Shown here: positions 13,972 to 27,425 of the stretch, one piece after another
Layout: each line of letters begins with the position of its first letter
Numbering within the stretch: position 1 is the first letter of the stretch
Origin: Octopus vulgaris
Lineage: Eukaryota
DNA: 64,000 bases
Direction of reading: 5' to 3'
NCBI GenBank assembly: GCA_951406725.2
Contig: OX597827.1
Location: 60,636,001-60,700,000 of the forward strand
Notes under the pieces: generated by a model
Told to the model about the DNA's origin: nothing
Seen by the model: the letters and a program-made list of their open reading frames with translations, nothing else
Database searches by the model: none
Position numbers and translations under genes: made by a program

Positions 13972-14258
13972 CACTCACACACACACATATATATATATAG
14001 GAGAAAGAGAGAGAGGGATGGAGAGAGGGGAAATAGATGCCAATTACTTGAAATGTAAATAGCCTTCCGCTCAAGAAAAAAAAAATATAAATATATGTCC
14101 TAGAAATATATACAAATATGTATATAAATTATGTAATGAGTAGATAAGAAACAATGCACTTATCTGGATCACTCTCTTTACTGATTGATTAATTTGTTTG
14201 AACAGTCATATGTGTTTTGAGAGCAAATGCGAGGGTGGTACTCTGTTTAGTGCTGGAC

Positions 14259-14528
14259 TTTGATATCTGTTACAACTTAATCACGCATAAAACATTTGTT
14301 AATATGCGTGTTACAAACAAAATCAGATCAGTGTCATGAAAGGAAAAAACGCAAGCTTGTAATTAAATGAGTTCACAAATAGGATTTTGATATCTGTTAC
14401 AACTTAATCACGCATAAAACATTTGTTAATATGCGTGTTACAAACAAAACCAGATCAGTGTCATGAAAGGAAAAAACGCAAGCTTATAATTAAATGAGTT
14501 CACAAATAGGATTTTGATATCTGTTACA
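14259..14528. repeat. 127-bp tandem duplication (2 full copies plus partial)
   Basis: TTTGATATCTGTTACA... starts at 14259, 14386 and 14513. Confidence 0.9.
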
Positions 14529-15004
14529 CAGGCGTGGTTATTTTGATATCTGTTACACAGCTGTGGGTAAGAAGTTTGCTTCCCAACCACATAGTTCTGG
14601 GTTCAGTCCCATTGTATGGATGGAACCTTCAGCAAGTGTATGGATAGAGCCTTCAGCCTGTTTTGACCAAAGCTTTGTGAGTGAATCTGATAGATGGGCT
14701 GACCAAAGCCTTGTGAGTGGATTTGGTTGACAGAAACTGAAAGAAGCCAATCGTATTTATGTATATATGTATGTGTGTTTGTGTCTGTGTTTGTCCCCCA
14801 ACATCGCTTGACAACCAATGCTGGTGTGTTTACACCCCTGTAACTTAGTGGTTCAGCAAAAGAGACTGATAGAATAAGTACTAGGCTCACAAAGAATAAG
14901 TCCTGGGGTCGATTTGCTCGACTGAAGGCAGTGCTCCAGCATGGCTACAGTCAAATGACTGAAACAAGTAAAATAGTAAAAGGGTATGGCTGGGACATAA
15001 GTTT

Positions 15005-15470
15005 ACTCGAAGTAGCCAGTCAGCATCTACATTGGCCTCAAGATAACTCCAGAACCTGGTGCATGTGTTCTTCACTGTGTCCCTGAGAATGTCTTCAAAC
15101 ACCATGTTGATCTTGACTACCAGCTCAGCCTTGGATGTTGTAGGCAGAGTGGTTGGTGTCTTTCTCAACTGTTCCCCCACACATAGTAATCCATGGTATT
15201 TATAACTGGGAGAATTAGGAGGCCTGAAACAGCAGGGGCTAGGGGAAGTTATAGAAATCCTCTGACAATCAATTCTGACTGGTTCTGGAGTTATAGCAAA
15301 GGGCTGAATCCTGACGTCTCATATGCCCATAAAGCAGCAATCCTCTCTGGCCAGGGTTTGACCAGTCTCCAGCAGTTTCATGTAGCTGTCTGAATTGAAC
15401 CTGTGCAAAGATGAGGACTGGTATGATGGCCTCAATGTGGTCAAAATATGCACTATTTTGGCCACATTGC
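15005..15470 (-). pseudogene. Degenerate Tc1/mariner-superfamily transposase C-terminal fragment
   Basis: Frameshifted remnants of the PPNSP...VWG motif and TSKAELVVKINMVFEDILRDTVKNTCTRFWSYLEANVDA, typical of DDD/E transposase C-termini. Confidence 0.65.
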
Positions 15471-15658
15471 CGATACTATATTCTTTTACTTGTTTCAGTC
15501 ATTCAACTGTGGCCATGCTGGAGCACTGCCTTTAGTCAAACAATCGACCCCAGGACTTATTCTTTGTAAGCCTGGTACTTATTCTATCAACCTCTTTTGC
15601 CAAACTGCTAACTCACCAACATCGGTTGTCAAGCAATGGTGAAGAGACAAACACATAC

Positions 15659-15708
<50 letters not shown>

Positions 15709-17281
15709 GGGCTTCTTTCAGTTTCCGTCAACCAAATCCATTCCTAAGGCTTTGGTCATCCTAAGGCTATAGTAAAAGACATTTGCCCAAAGTGTCACAC
15801 AGTGGGACTGAACCCAGAACCATGTGGTTTGGTAGCAAGCTTCTTACCACACAGCCACTTCTGTGCCTATGGTAAATATCACAAACAAACTGCAACCTCC
15901 AGAACTTTCTGAATGTAAAATAACCTTGAATTGTTTTTGCAGCACTGCCTGATGATGAGTAATGTCTCAAGCAGTCTGCTTCTCAAAAAAGGTTGTCTAT
16001 GCCTACGGGTAAATTGAAAAATTTCCATTAACTAGAAATATCCAACCAAGCAGTCGACAGTACTCCCTCTAATCATGTTTAAAATCTAAAAATAACAAAC
16101 AAGAGAGATAACTCATACAAAATCAGTTGATTGAAATTTCTTGCTACTGTAGTTAATGCAGATTTGATTGGATCTGATCTTTAAACCAACCGGTGGAAGT
16201 AGCAAATATGCTTTCTCAGCAATATATATATATATATATCCTATACAGTTATCAAACCTAAATATTTATATATTAATCAAAGTGTACAGTATCCATTACA
16301 ACCGATCTTACCAATCAATTTCTGTAACTGCCAAGTCTGAAGAGCATAGGGTTACATAACCGGGCTGTTATCTAGGACAAAACTTATAGGTAAGATCGGC
16401 CGTAATGGATATATTATACTGTTCTCTTTGATTAATACACCTGCTCCATAGTCAAATATAAAAGTGCATACTTTTCTGACTTAAGGATTCTTAGGTGACA
16501 CATATATAAAAAATCGTTTAAAGAGTCCATAGGCTAGTAAATTATGCACACATGTATTTGTCAATATAGTAAATATATTAATCAAAGTCTATAATATTAC
16601 AGATCCATTTCAGCCGATCAGTTTCGCACTGGGTATTAGATAACCGGAAATTAAATAACAGCACGGTCACGTAACTGCACGTCGAGGAGTATATTCCTGG
16701 TTTAGTATATAAAACTTGTGAGAAAATTACCGACGGTTGCGCACCGGCTATTGCACTTGGTAGGCATGAAACCATCGATAACATTCTGATCAGTTATATA
16801 TGCCATAAGCAGGAATATACTGCTTGCTAATATAAAAATATAATCGCCACTATTTTTCTTTTAGAGTGTGTTTTCGTTCGGACTTATGGACAACTAACTG
16901 TTAACACACACACACATGTATAATGACGTTGAATGTGGATACCAACAATGTTACACTAATAGTATTTATCTACTAGTTTAGCAAAGTGATATTTCGATGG
17001 GAGGATTCTTGTAACAATTTCGGTTTAAGGACATGTACGGCTCTACAGATCCAATCGATTAAAAATAGAATACAAGTCCGCGAAATATATATCGGAGCAG
17101 TTGTCATGAGACTCTTATAAATACGAGTTCATTCACAGACACACACACACGCACATACAGAGTAAATGTAGAGTATATTCAAGTAGACTAAGTTCTCTCT
17201 ATAGTTATCTATATGCGTGTGTGCTCGTCATAGACGTATATGTTTGTGTGTGTGTTTAAATATCGATGCCAAAAGACATAC

Positions 17282-17440
17282 CTTGAATTAGACAATATTT
17301 GGCGGTAAAATCCCAATAAAATCCCAACAAAATCAGGTGAAATATAATAACAAGAAGTTTTCCCCCTTTTCTTAAAAGTTTACTATTAATTAGGCCAAAG
17401 GGCTATCAACAAATTCCGGTGTGGCAACCTAGATATGTGG
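17282..17440 (-). promoter_or_regulatory. Putative GLOD5 promoter and non-coding exon 1
   Basis: Strong donor AAG|GTATGT at 17281; upstream GGTTGCCACACCGGAA (RFX half-site and ETS-like core); locally CpG-retaining region ~16.3-18.6 kb. Confidence 0.45.
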
Positions 17441-19031
17441 AATAAAATGTGTGTTGTTTCTTATATAAACATGAACTATTCAAAATTTACGGGAGGGTAA
17501 ATGGCAACTTGTGCTGTGACGTTCGTGCATTTTGTAAGATAGTTTTTTTATTATTTTATTTTTACAGTAGGCACAAGGATTGGAATTTTTCAAGTAACTC
17601 TAATGTTCAACTAATACTTATTTTATCGACCCCGAAATAACGAAAGGCAAAGTTGACCACGACGGATTTGAATTCAGATAGTAAAGAGTCGGAAGAAATA
17701 CCTATTTCTTTATTACCCACAAGGGGCTAAACATAGAGGGGACAAACAAGGACAGACATAGGTATTAAGTCGGTTACATCGACCCCAGTGCGTAACTGGT
17801 ACTTAATTTATCGACCCCGAAAGGATGAAATTTGAACTCAGAACGCAACGGTAGACGACATACCGCTAAGCATTTCGCCCGGCGCGCTAACGTTAAGCAT
17901 TTTGTCTGACGTGCTGACGATTTCGTCAGCTCCCCGCCTTATTTCGTAGGAACACTAACAGTGTACAAGTCATGGTTCCAACAGAGACGGGAAACTAGCA
18001 CACCACTTATAGTCACATTCATCACATTATAGTCTTCATAACATCATAGTCTCGGCAGCATCTCTCATGTCATGATCATCGTTGTCATCGCCGATGACCT
18101 TTCTTTTTTACTGTTCTAATCGAGCAGACCAAAAATAAAGGTTGTCTACCATTGACCACGCCGTCTTTTATTCAGAAAATGTACCTACGACTACATTATT
18201 CGATGTCTTTATTTTCCCACGATGGTAGAGTATGAGTGGAAGATTTAGCTGCTATTTCTTACAGGTAGCTTGATTGCGTAGAGGTTGCTTTGTTCGTTTG
18301 TCTTCCAATATGTTGGTTGTACAGGCCCGTAATACTTAATTTAATTTGTTTATGATGTATTAAACATCAAAGTTCCCCAATCTGATCTAACATTATTTTA
18401 CAGAGTTTTCCTTGCTCAAATGCACATCTGGAACACGTATTGTCTACCACCCATTCATTACACTTTTCACCCACTTTGTTGCTATGACAGAAGTCAAAAG
18501 CAAGTTCTAAATCTTTGAGATAATCCATCAAAGGAACCAATTCGCAGTCGCTGAACCGGCATAGCAGCCAAAATTTATCCCAAATCACACTCACCTATTG
18601 TATATGTTCAACAGGGTGCACACAAATTAAAATTTGAAAGAAAAAAAAAAGACAAGATGGTCGCAGCTGAGATGCCTTTGAGCATAAGATTGTGCGGCCA
18701 TTGCTGATCTGGGATTAAATAGCTAAAGCAACAACTTGTGACTCAGTGGGCTTCATTTATTCACATTAAATGTCCACACCAATTGTATAGTTAGTACACT
18801 AACATAGTGTGACGCTTTGGGTAAATATCTTCTTCTTCTTCATCATCATCATACTCTAACATCCGTTTTCCATGCTGGTATGGGTTGGACGGTTTGACAA
18901 GCTGCACCAGGCTCCAATTGTCTTTTTTGGCATGGTTTCTATGGCTTGATGCTGCTCCTAACACCAACCATTTTACAGAGTGTACTGGGTGCTTTTTATG
19001 TGGCACCAGCACAGGTGCTTTTTACAAAACA

Positions 19032-19087
<56 letters not shown>

Positions 19088-19965
19088 TATAACCGTCCTC
19101 TATGGTAGAAGTGTTAAGGCTGCTTCCCTGGTGAAGAGGATTGGCCTACAAGAGTCATGTGCCAGCGCTATATAGAAGCACTCATGCTGGTGGCAGAGTA
19201 AAAGCACCCAGCACATAATGTAAATTTGTTGACATTAGGAAGGGCATCCAGCTGTAGAAACCAAGTCAAATTAGACTGGAACCTGGTGCAGCTTTCTAGC
19301 TCGCCAGCTCTGGTCAAACCGTCCAATCCAACAATGAACGCTATTGAGAAAGTGGTACTCTTTTTTACTCTTTTTACTTGTTTCAGCCATTTGACTGCAG
19401 CCATGCCAGAGCACCGCCTTTAGTCGAGCAAATCGACCCCAGGACTTATTCTCTGCAAGCCTAGTACTTATTCTATCGGTGTTTTTTGCTGAACTGCTAA
19501 GTTACAAGGACATAAACACACCAGCATTGGTTGTCAAGCGATGTTGCCGGGACAAATACAGATACACAAACATACACACACATACATATATATATATACA
19601 TATATACGACGGACTTCTTTCAGTTTCTGTCTACCAAATCCACTCACAAGGCTTTGGTCAGCCCGAGGCTATAGTAGGAGACACTTGCCCAAGGTGCCAT
19701 GCAGTGGGATTGAACCCGGAACCATGTGATTGGTAAGCAAGCTAATTACCACACAGCCACCTCTGCGCCTTATTCAATGGTTGCTTTACAACATAACCAT
19801 TGAATAAGTAATAACATTTTCAATTGTTAATAGTTCAAAACCCATTTTTTTCTATTTATACGAGTACACCATTTCATTACTGTTATTTTGTAAACCTAGG
19901 ATGGTATTTTTTTGTTTCCTTTTTAGAATCCCAGTTGGTTACAAATATCTAATTTAAAAATAAAT

Positions 19966-20175
19966 ATGGAACAGATTTTATCAGAGAAAGGATGCAAGCA
20001 CATTTTATTAAATGGATTTTGCTATCGTTTAGATGGAAAACTTCAAAATGGAAGAGAGTTTTGGCGTTGTGCTGAAGACAAATGCAAAGTCTGTATCCAT
20101 GTTAATGGAAGTTTATGGGAAGATGTCATGGGGCATAGTCATGTGTCACAGCCAGCAAGATCAGTAAAGAAGTAA
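19966..20175 (+). pseudogene. FLYWCH zinc-finger ORF, probably MULE/Mutator transposase N-terminus
   Basis: SEKG...LLNGFCY...FWRC....CK...H...GHSH matches the FLYWCH pattern; stop after 69 aa; polypyrimidine+AG ends at 19926. Confidence 0.7.
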
Positions 20176-20724
20176 ATGCTTTCAAATATTCGTAATGAGG
20201 TCTCGAGAAGAATGATCCAAGAGAATTGTCTTTGTGCTGAATTGTCATGTGCAGAATTGTCAGGGTGCCACACTTATACATCTATATCTTTCCTGAGTAA
20301 TATGGAGCTTCTATATCAGTGATGGTCAAACCACAGCCCAGTGGAGGTGCCATGGCCCAGTGATTAGGGCAGCAGACTTGTGGTCATAAGAACGTGGTTT
20401 CGATTCCCAGACGAGGCATTGTGAGTGTTTATTGAACAAAAACACCTAAGCTCCACAAGGCTCCAGCGGTGTGGGGGGGAGGGAGAAGAAGAAGAAGAAC
20501 TGTCTTGCCAGCCATGAATGTAATGAAATACTAGAGATGCAAACAAGAGGGCCCTTTGACCTTTCAGCTGGAATTATGGTACTTATTGATGTCAGTGTCA
20601 ATCAAGTGTAACTCTTTACAGATACAAGCTTGAAAAACAAAAAAAAAACAACAAAAACAAAAACATAGATGCAAAACAAAACCCAAAAATTGATAAAGGA
20701 AATAATCAATATCTTGCTTCCTCA

Positions 20725-21146
20725 ACCACCACCGACACCACTGCCAATACCAGCACCACTGCTGCTGCTGTCCCTGCTGCTGTCTCTGCTGCTGCTGCTG
20801 CCAGTGAGAGGGGGATGCCAACGCTGCCACCACCACCACCTCCATCACCACTGCCAGATTGCCTCCGATGCTACCTCTGTTGCCACCACCAATGTCATTA
20901 TCTGACCCCACCCTTGCCACCACCACCACCACCATCAGCAGCAGCTGCAGCAACAACAACAACAGCAACACTGCCACCATCCACAACCACCACCATTGCT
21001 GCTGATACCACCAGCACTGCCACCATCACCACCATCACCATAACCACCACAACCACAACCACGACAACGACTGCCACCACCACCACCACCACCAAAACCA
21101 CCACCACCACCACCACCACCACCACCACCACCACCACCACTGCCAC
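20725..21146. repeat. (ACC)n/(CTG)n low-complexity trinucleotide tract
   Basis: Direct reading; gives poly-Thr/poly-Val pseudo-ORFs. Confidence 0.9.
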
Positions 21147-21617
21147 CTTCACAAAGAAGGAAAACAACAGAATTACTATGTGGCTACTAATGCCAGAGCT
21201 TCTAAAAATAGAAGTTAGACTCCCTAAAATACTGCATCTTCATAAAAAGATGGAGAGAAAAAATTTGATAATCTAGTAAAAAAGAAAGAAAACTCTTCAT
21301 AAATACATAAAATACATACAGAAAAATACATTAAAAAATACACTATATTTAGAAACACAAAATTCATTATAACTACAAAAAATCATAAACAAAAAAACAA
21401 ACAAACATATGGAATGGTCTTGGTTGCTTGCTTCTTTTTATCGTAGGACTGCTTAATCAGGACTGCCTTAGGGTTAACAACAACAACAACAACAACAAAT
21501 AAAGACAACTTTTTTCTATTTAAGGTACAAAAAGGAAATGTAATATTCACAGTTTTTTCAGTGTAGGAAAGAAATACATTCTAAAAAAAATCAATCAACC
21601 AATATCTATCTATCTGT

Positions 21618-21659
<42 letters not shown>

Positions 21660-21817
21660 AAGAGAGAGAAGCAGGTGGGAAAGGAATAAATGATTATCTT
21701 ATGAACTTCATTACCTTAAAGCTGTTTCTGCTACAAGCTGAGTGCCTGAGTAAACACAGTATAGCTTCATCAGAGCTACAGACATGAAGTATATATATAT
21801 ATATATATATATTAGCC

Positions 21818-22890
21818 TTGGCAAAGTTCAGAGAGCTCTTACCTCTGTTGGTGACAAAGGGCTTCTCACTCGGAGTGAAAGGTAGACTGTATGACACGTG
21901 TGTACGACCAGCCATGCTACATGGCAGTGAAACATGGGCCGTGACTGTTGAGGACATGTATAAGCTTGCAAGGAATGAAGCCAGTATGCTCCGCTGGATG
22001 TGTAATGTCAGTGTGCATACTCGACAGAGTGTAAGTACCTTGAGAGAAAAGTTGGACTGAAGAAGCATCAGATGTGGAGTGCAAGAGAGATGACTGTGGT
22101 GGTATGGTCATGTGGCGAGAATGGATGAGGATAGCTGTGTGAAAAAGTGCCACACCCTAGCGGCTGAGGGAACCTGTGGAAGAGGTAGGCCCTGGAAGGC
22201 CTGGGAAGAGGTGGTGAAGCACAACCTTCGAACATTAGGCCTCACCAAGGCAATGACTTGTGACTGAGACCTTTGTAAATATGCAGTGCGTGAGAAGACT
22301 CAGCAAGCCAAGTGAGATCATAACCCGTAGCCTATACCAGGGGTGTAACAAGCCCACTTATGCATACCTTTCCTTCATTGGACACTAAATTCTGCTTGCG
22401 AAGACCTGTTGAAGCAAGTGAAATCAAAATTGAACCTATTTGTTGACTGGTACTTGTGCCAGTAGAGTGCTAAAAGTAGAGAGCATGATCGTTGCCAGAG
22501 CAGCTGACTGGCTTCTGTGCCGGTGGCACATAAAAATGACGGTGGCACATAAAAATGATGGGGGCATGTAAAAATGCCGGTGGCACATGAAAAGACATTC
22601 AAGCGAGGTCGTTGCCAGTGCTTCTGGACTGGCTCCTGTGCAGGTGGCACGTAAAAAACACCATTTGAGCATGGCCATTGTCAGTACCGCCTGACTGGCC
22701 CTTGTGCCAGTGGCACGTAAAAACATCCACTACACTCTTGGGGTTGTTGGCATTAGGAAGGGTATCCAGCTGTAGAAACTCTGCCAGATCAGATTGGAGC
22801 CTGGTGCAGCCATCTGGTTCACCAGTCCTAAGTCAAACCATTCAACTCATGCCAGCATGGTAAGTGGATGTTAAACGATGATGATGATGA
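21818..22890 (+). mobile_element. 5'-truncated RTE LINE (ORF C-terminus, 3' UTR, (GAT)n tail)
   Basis: KGRLYDTCVRPAMLHGSETW...MLRWMC...WYGHVARMDE...GRGRP are RTE C-terminal motifs with in-frame stops; ends GATGATGATGATGA. Confidence 0.92.
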
Positions 22891-24089
22891 TACAAGTGTA
22901 AAATTTGGTGGGAGATTCCATGTGTAGATATAGTAGACAACACTTAGTGTCTTCTACCATAATAAAAGTCCAAGGTGCCACACAGTGGGACTGAACCCAA
23001 AACCATATGGTCCGATAGTAAACTTCTTACCACACAGCCATGCCCGTGCCAATATTGTGCTTATGTGTGCTGGAAAGCCGGCAGAAATGTTAGCATGCCG
23101 GGTAAAATGCTTAGTGGTATTTCGTCTGTCTTTACGTTCTGAGATCAAATTCCGCTAAGGTCGACTTTGCCCTTTATCCTTTTGGGGGCGATAAATTAAG
23201 TACCCGTTGCGTACTGGGGTCGACCTAATCGATTGGCCCCCTCCACCAAACTATCGGGCCTTGTAACTAGAGTAGAAAACAATACTGTGCCTATATACAA
23301 TTAAATATATATGATTTTAAAGGATAATGTCAAGTTACACTTGAAATCATTGCTGACATTTCAAATGTTCAATGATAATATTTTAAAAAATTATAACCAT
23401 AATAAATATGAGAAGAGGAGAAAATAAATGAAGCGTGACACATTAAAAATATAATTTTTCAATTGGTTGGGTTGAAATGGAAAACAAAATACCATTAATA
23501 GGCTTAGGAGTGGCTGTGTGGTAAGTAGCTTGCTTACGAGCCACATGGTTCCAGGTTCAGTCCCACTGCATGGTACCTTGGGCAAGTGTCTTCTACTATA
23601 GCCTCAGGCTGACCAAAGCCTTGTGAGTGGATTTGGTAGACGGAAACTGAAAGAAGCCTATGGTATATATGTATGTGTGTGTATATGTTTGTGTGTCTGT
23701 GTCCCCACCAACATCGTTTGATAACTGATGCTGGTATGTTTACATCCCCGTAACTTAGCGGTTCGGCCTAAGAGACTGATAGAATAAGTACTAGGCTTAC
23801 AAAGAATAAGTCCTGGGGTCGATTTGCTCGACTAAAGGCGGTACTCCAGCATGGCCACAGTGAAATGACTGAAACAAGTAAAAGAGTAAAAGAGTATAGA
23901 TGTTTTCTTTTTTTTTGGCAATTTTAATGTTGTCACAGGTGTTATGTGGACACAGGTAGGTGTGATGTAGATTTGGTGTGGGTGCAGATGTGGTGTGGGT
24001 ACAGGGTGGTTGGATGTAAGAAGTTTGCTGCCCAATCACATGATGATGACATTGGTTTACAGCAATTGTGCGATGTCAAGACAGGGATA

Positions 24090-24181
24090 CACCAACACTC
24101 ATACACACTCACGCACACATACACACACATGCATGCATACTCATTCTCACACACATGCACACTAACACACATATGCATGCA

Positions 24182-24212
<31 letters not shown>

Positions 24213-24692
24213 GCATGTACTCTCTCTCTCTCTCTCTCTCACACACATACAAACACATACATACATACTCTCTCAGACACACAAACACACACACAGGTAT
24301 GCACACACTCTCTCTCTCTTTCACATACACACAAACACACACACATGCATGCACATCCTCTCTCTCTTTCACACACATGCATACACTTACACACATGTAC
24401 ACTCACACATGTACATACACACATGCACACCACATACACAAACACTTGCATATACATATGTATGCACACCTTTCTCACACACATATGCACACACACTCAC
24501 ACATGCATGCACACACACACACACACAAACGCACACACATGCATGCACACTCTCTCTCTCTCACACACACATGTATACTCACACATACATAATACTCACT
24601 CTCACACATCCATACACTTACACACATGCACACTCACACATCTACACACACACAAACACAAACATAACACACACTCTCTCTTACACACATAT

Positions 24693-24760
<68 letters not shown>
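24090..24760. repeat. Degenerate (CA)n/(CT)n compound microsatellite
   Basis: Direct reading. Confidence 0.95.
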
Positions 24761-24763
<3 letters not shown>

Positions 24764-24964
24764 GCCTAAAGTCAGGAGGCATGAGAAGTGAAGCTTTATT
24801 TGTCCATATGACTTCAATATGATTACGGCCATTTTGGAACCTTCTTCATACAGAATTCATTTTAGCATCCAAGAAATTATGTGTACATATTTGCATCAAT
24901 ACGTATGCGTTGGGCCTCATGGGGGCAAGGTGGTCGATACTGGTGGCATGTGAAAAGCTCTTTT

Positions 24965-25653
24965 GGATCTTTTCGGTTTGAACGGTAGTTTTTTAAGATA
25001 ATTTCCAGATCTTTTCAGTTTGAAAGGCAGTTTTTAAAAATAATTTCCAGATCTTTTCGGTTTGAAAGGCAGTTTTTTAAGATAATTTCCAGATCTTTTC
25101 AGTTTGAAAGGCAGTTTTTAAAAATAATTTCCAGATCTTTTCGGTTTGAAAGGCAGTTTTTTAAGATAATTTCCAGATCTTTTCGGTTTGAACGGTAGTT
25201 TTTTAAGATAATTTCCAGATCTTTTCGGTTTGAACGGCAGTTTTTTAAAATAATTTTCATGTAACTAAACACTTTTAAACTTCGTATACTGGTAGAATGT
25301 GTTTCTAAAACATCTTTTTCTCTTGGCTTTATTGAGAAAATTCTATAGTTTGTAAGATATTTGTTGTTTTTTTCTTCAATTTCTGCAATTTCAACCAATC
25401 AATGACGTCTATTGAGGTGAAAACATTCTGTGCCATATGAATATGTCCCTCGTTTAATAAACAGATTGGGTTTATTTACATTTCTGAAAAAAAAAAGATA
25501 CCCTTCCCCCCACCCCCACCCCTAACCCTAACCCTAACTAAACCTAAATCTAAAACAGATTGAAATGCAATAGATCGATACTAGGGTCATAATAATGGGT
25601 GACAATTTCATATGACACCGCTAGAAAAACTGCCGTTCAAACCGAAAAGATCC
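24965..25653. mobile_element. Non-autonomous TIR transposon (GG...CC ends, 8-bp TSD; Merlin-like) with amplified left TIR and internal telomeric repeats
   Basis: TIR GGATCTTTTCGGTTTGAACGG / CCGTTCAAACCGAAAAGATCC; TSD GCTCTTTT at 24957-24964 and 25654-25661; seven 42-bp units from 24966; (CCCTAA)3 near 25520. Confidence 0.8.
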
Positions 25654-25937
25654 GCTCTTTTTGAGTGTTGGCCCTATGATGGATGACTGAGACCTTTGGA
25701 ATCGTGCTGTGCTTGAGAAGAAGACCCATCAAGCCAAGTAAAATTGTAGTTGTGATACAGGTCTCATGCAAAGAATAAGTACTAGGCTTACAAAGAATAA
25801 GTCCTGGGGTCGATTTGCTTGACTAAAGGCGGTGTTCCAGTATGGCCGCAGTCAAATGACTGAAACAAATAAAAGCGTAAATACGAGCATGTCTGGATAT
25901 GCAAGTATATGCATGAGTAGACATACAAAAAAAAAAA

Positions 25938-26380
25938 CCATCCATCCATCCATCCATCCATCCATCCATCCATCCATCCATCCATCCATCCATCCATCCA
26001 TCCATCCATCCATCCATCCATCCATCCACCCACCCACCCACCCACCCATCCATCCATCCATCCATCCATCCATCCATCCATGCATTCATGCATGCATGCA
26101 TGCATGCATGTTATGACTGCCCCTCGTTATCAAGTATGGCCATAGCACGAAGATATACATACATACATACGTACGTACGTAAGTGCATGCATGCATGCAT
26201 GCATGCATACATCCATCCATCCATCCATACATACATATATACATACATATATACATACAAACATACATACATACATACATACATACATACATACATACAT
26301 ACATACATACATACATACATACATACATACATACATACATACATACATACATACAAACAAACAAACAAACAAACAAACCA
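25938..26380. repeat. Compound tetranucleotide microsatellite (CATC/CATG/CATA/CAAA)
   Basis: Direct reading. Confidence 0.95.
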
Positions 26381-26825
26381 ACAAAAATACCCTGTTGTCG
26401 ATGTTGAAATTCCAATCGTTAGAAATTCCTAGGTTAGAAACTGACTCTTTTTCTATTGGTAAAAAATCTTGAAATAAAACTGAATGGCATACATACACAC
26501 ACACACACACACATGCAGTTTCACTTTATTAAAAATCAACTCAAATTTGGTCGTCTGCACTTAGTTATATATTATATGTGCAGAAGAACTTTCTCTACAA
26601 AGAAAATTTCCGAAGCTATTATTTAACAACCAGTGAATGTTCTTCATCAAAATACTACTTCCATTATTCGTTCTAAGCTCTTAACAACTATTTGAGTACC
26701 TGACTTTCCCCGTTGGCTTATCTTATTTTTAGCTCGATTGAAATTTTGGCGAGTTCTCTCCCCTGCACCTTGACATCAAAAAAAATTTATTAACGCTAAC
26801 GTCATTCCCCCCGTTTTGGATTGTT

Positions 26826-27425
26826 AGGCGGCGAGCTGGCAGAAACGTTAACACGCCGGGCGAAATGCTTAGCGGTATTTCGCCTGCCGTTACGTTCTGG
26901 GTTCAAATTCCGCCGAGGTCGACTTTGCCTTTCATCCTATCGGGGTCGATATAAATAAGTACCAGTTACGCACTGGAGTCGATATAATCGACTTAATCCT
27001 TTGTCTGTCCTTGTTTGTCCCTTCTGTGTTTAGCCCCTTGTGGGTAGTAAAGAAATAGGTATTTCGCCTGCCGTTACGTTCTGGGTTCAAATTCCGCCGA
27101 GGTCGACTTTGCCTTTCGTCCTTTCGGGGTCGATATATTAAGTACCAGTTACGCACTGGAGTCGATATAATCGACTTAATCCCTTTGTCTGTCCTTGTTT
27201 GTCCCTTCTGCGTTTAGCCTCTTGTGGGTAGTAAAGAAATAGGTATTTCGTCTGCCGCTACGTTCTGAGTTCAAATTCCGCCAAGGTCGACTTTGCCTTT
27301 CATCCTTTCGGGGTCGATTAAATAAGTACCAGTTACGCAGTGGAGTCGATATACTCGACTTAATCCGTTTGTCTGTCCTTGTTTGTCCTCTCTGCGTTTA
27401 GCCCCTTGTAGGTAGTAAAGAAATA
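26826..27425 (+). mobile_element. tRNA-derived SINE family A, head-to-tail trimer
   Basis: One head (GGCGGCGAGCTGGCAGAAACG, B box GGTTCAAATTCC) then ~184-bp bodies joined at GAAATA|GGTATTTC (27057/8, 27241/2); flanked by GGATTGT. Confidence 0.88.

Noticed and set aside
15944-15975. ACTGC-CTGATGA-TGAG..CTCA-A-GCAGT half-hammerhead
   Set aside because: GAAA and stem III are absent; cannot be told from a chance hairpin.
20564-21276. Mucin-like poly-Thr/Pro or poly-Val ORFs
   Set aside because: Trinucleotide low-complexity tract open in several frames, with no domain or splice support.
24966-25260. 42-bp repeats (and the 30-bp and 615-bp arrays) as CRISPR-like arrays
   Set aside because: No unique spacers, no cas genes, eukaryotic context.
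25515-25555. (CCCTAA)n as a telomere or fusion site
   Set aside because: Only about 3 units, internal to a TIR element with a TSD.
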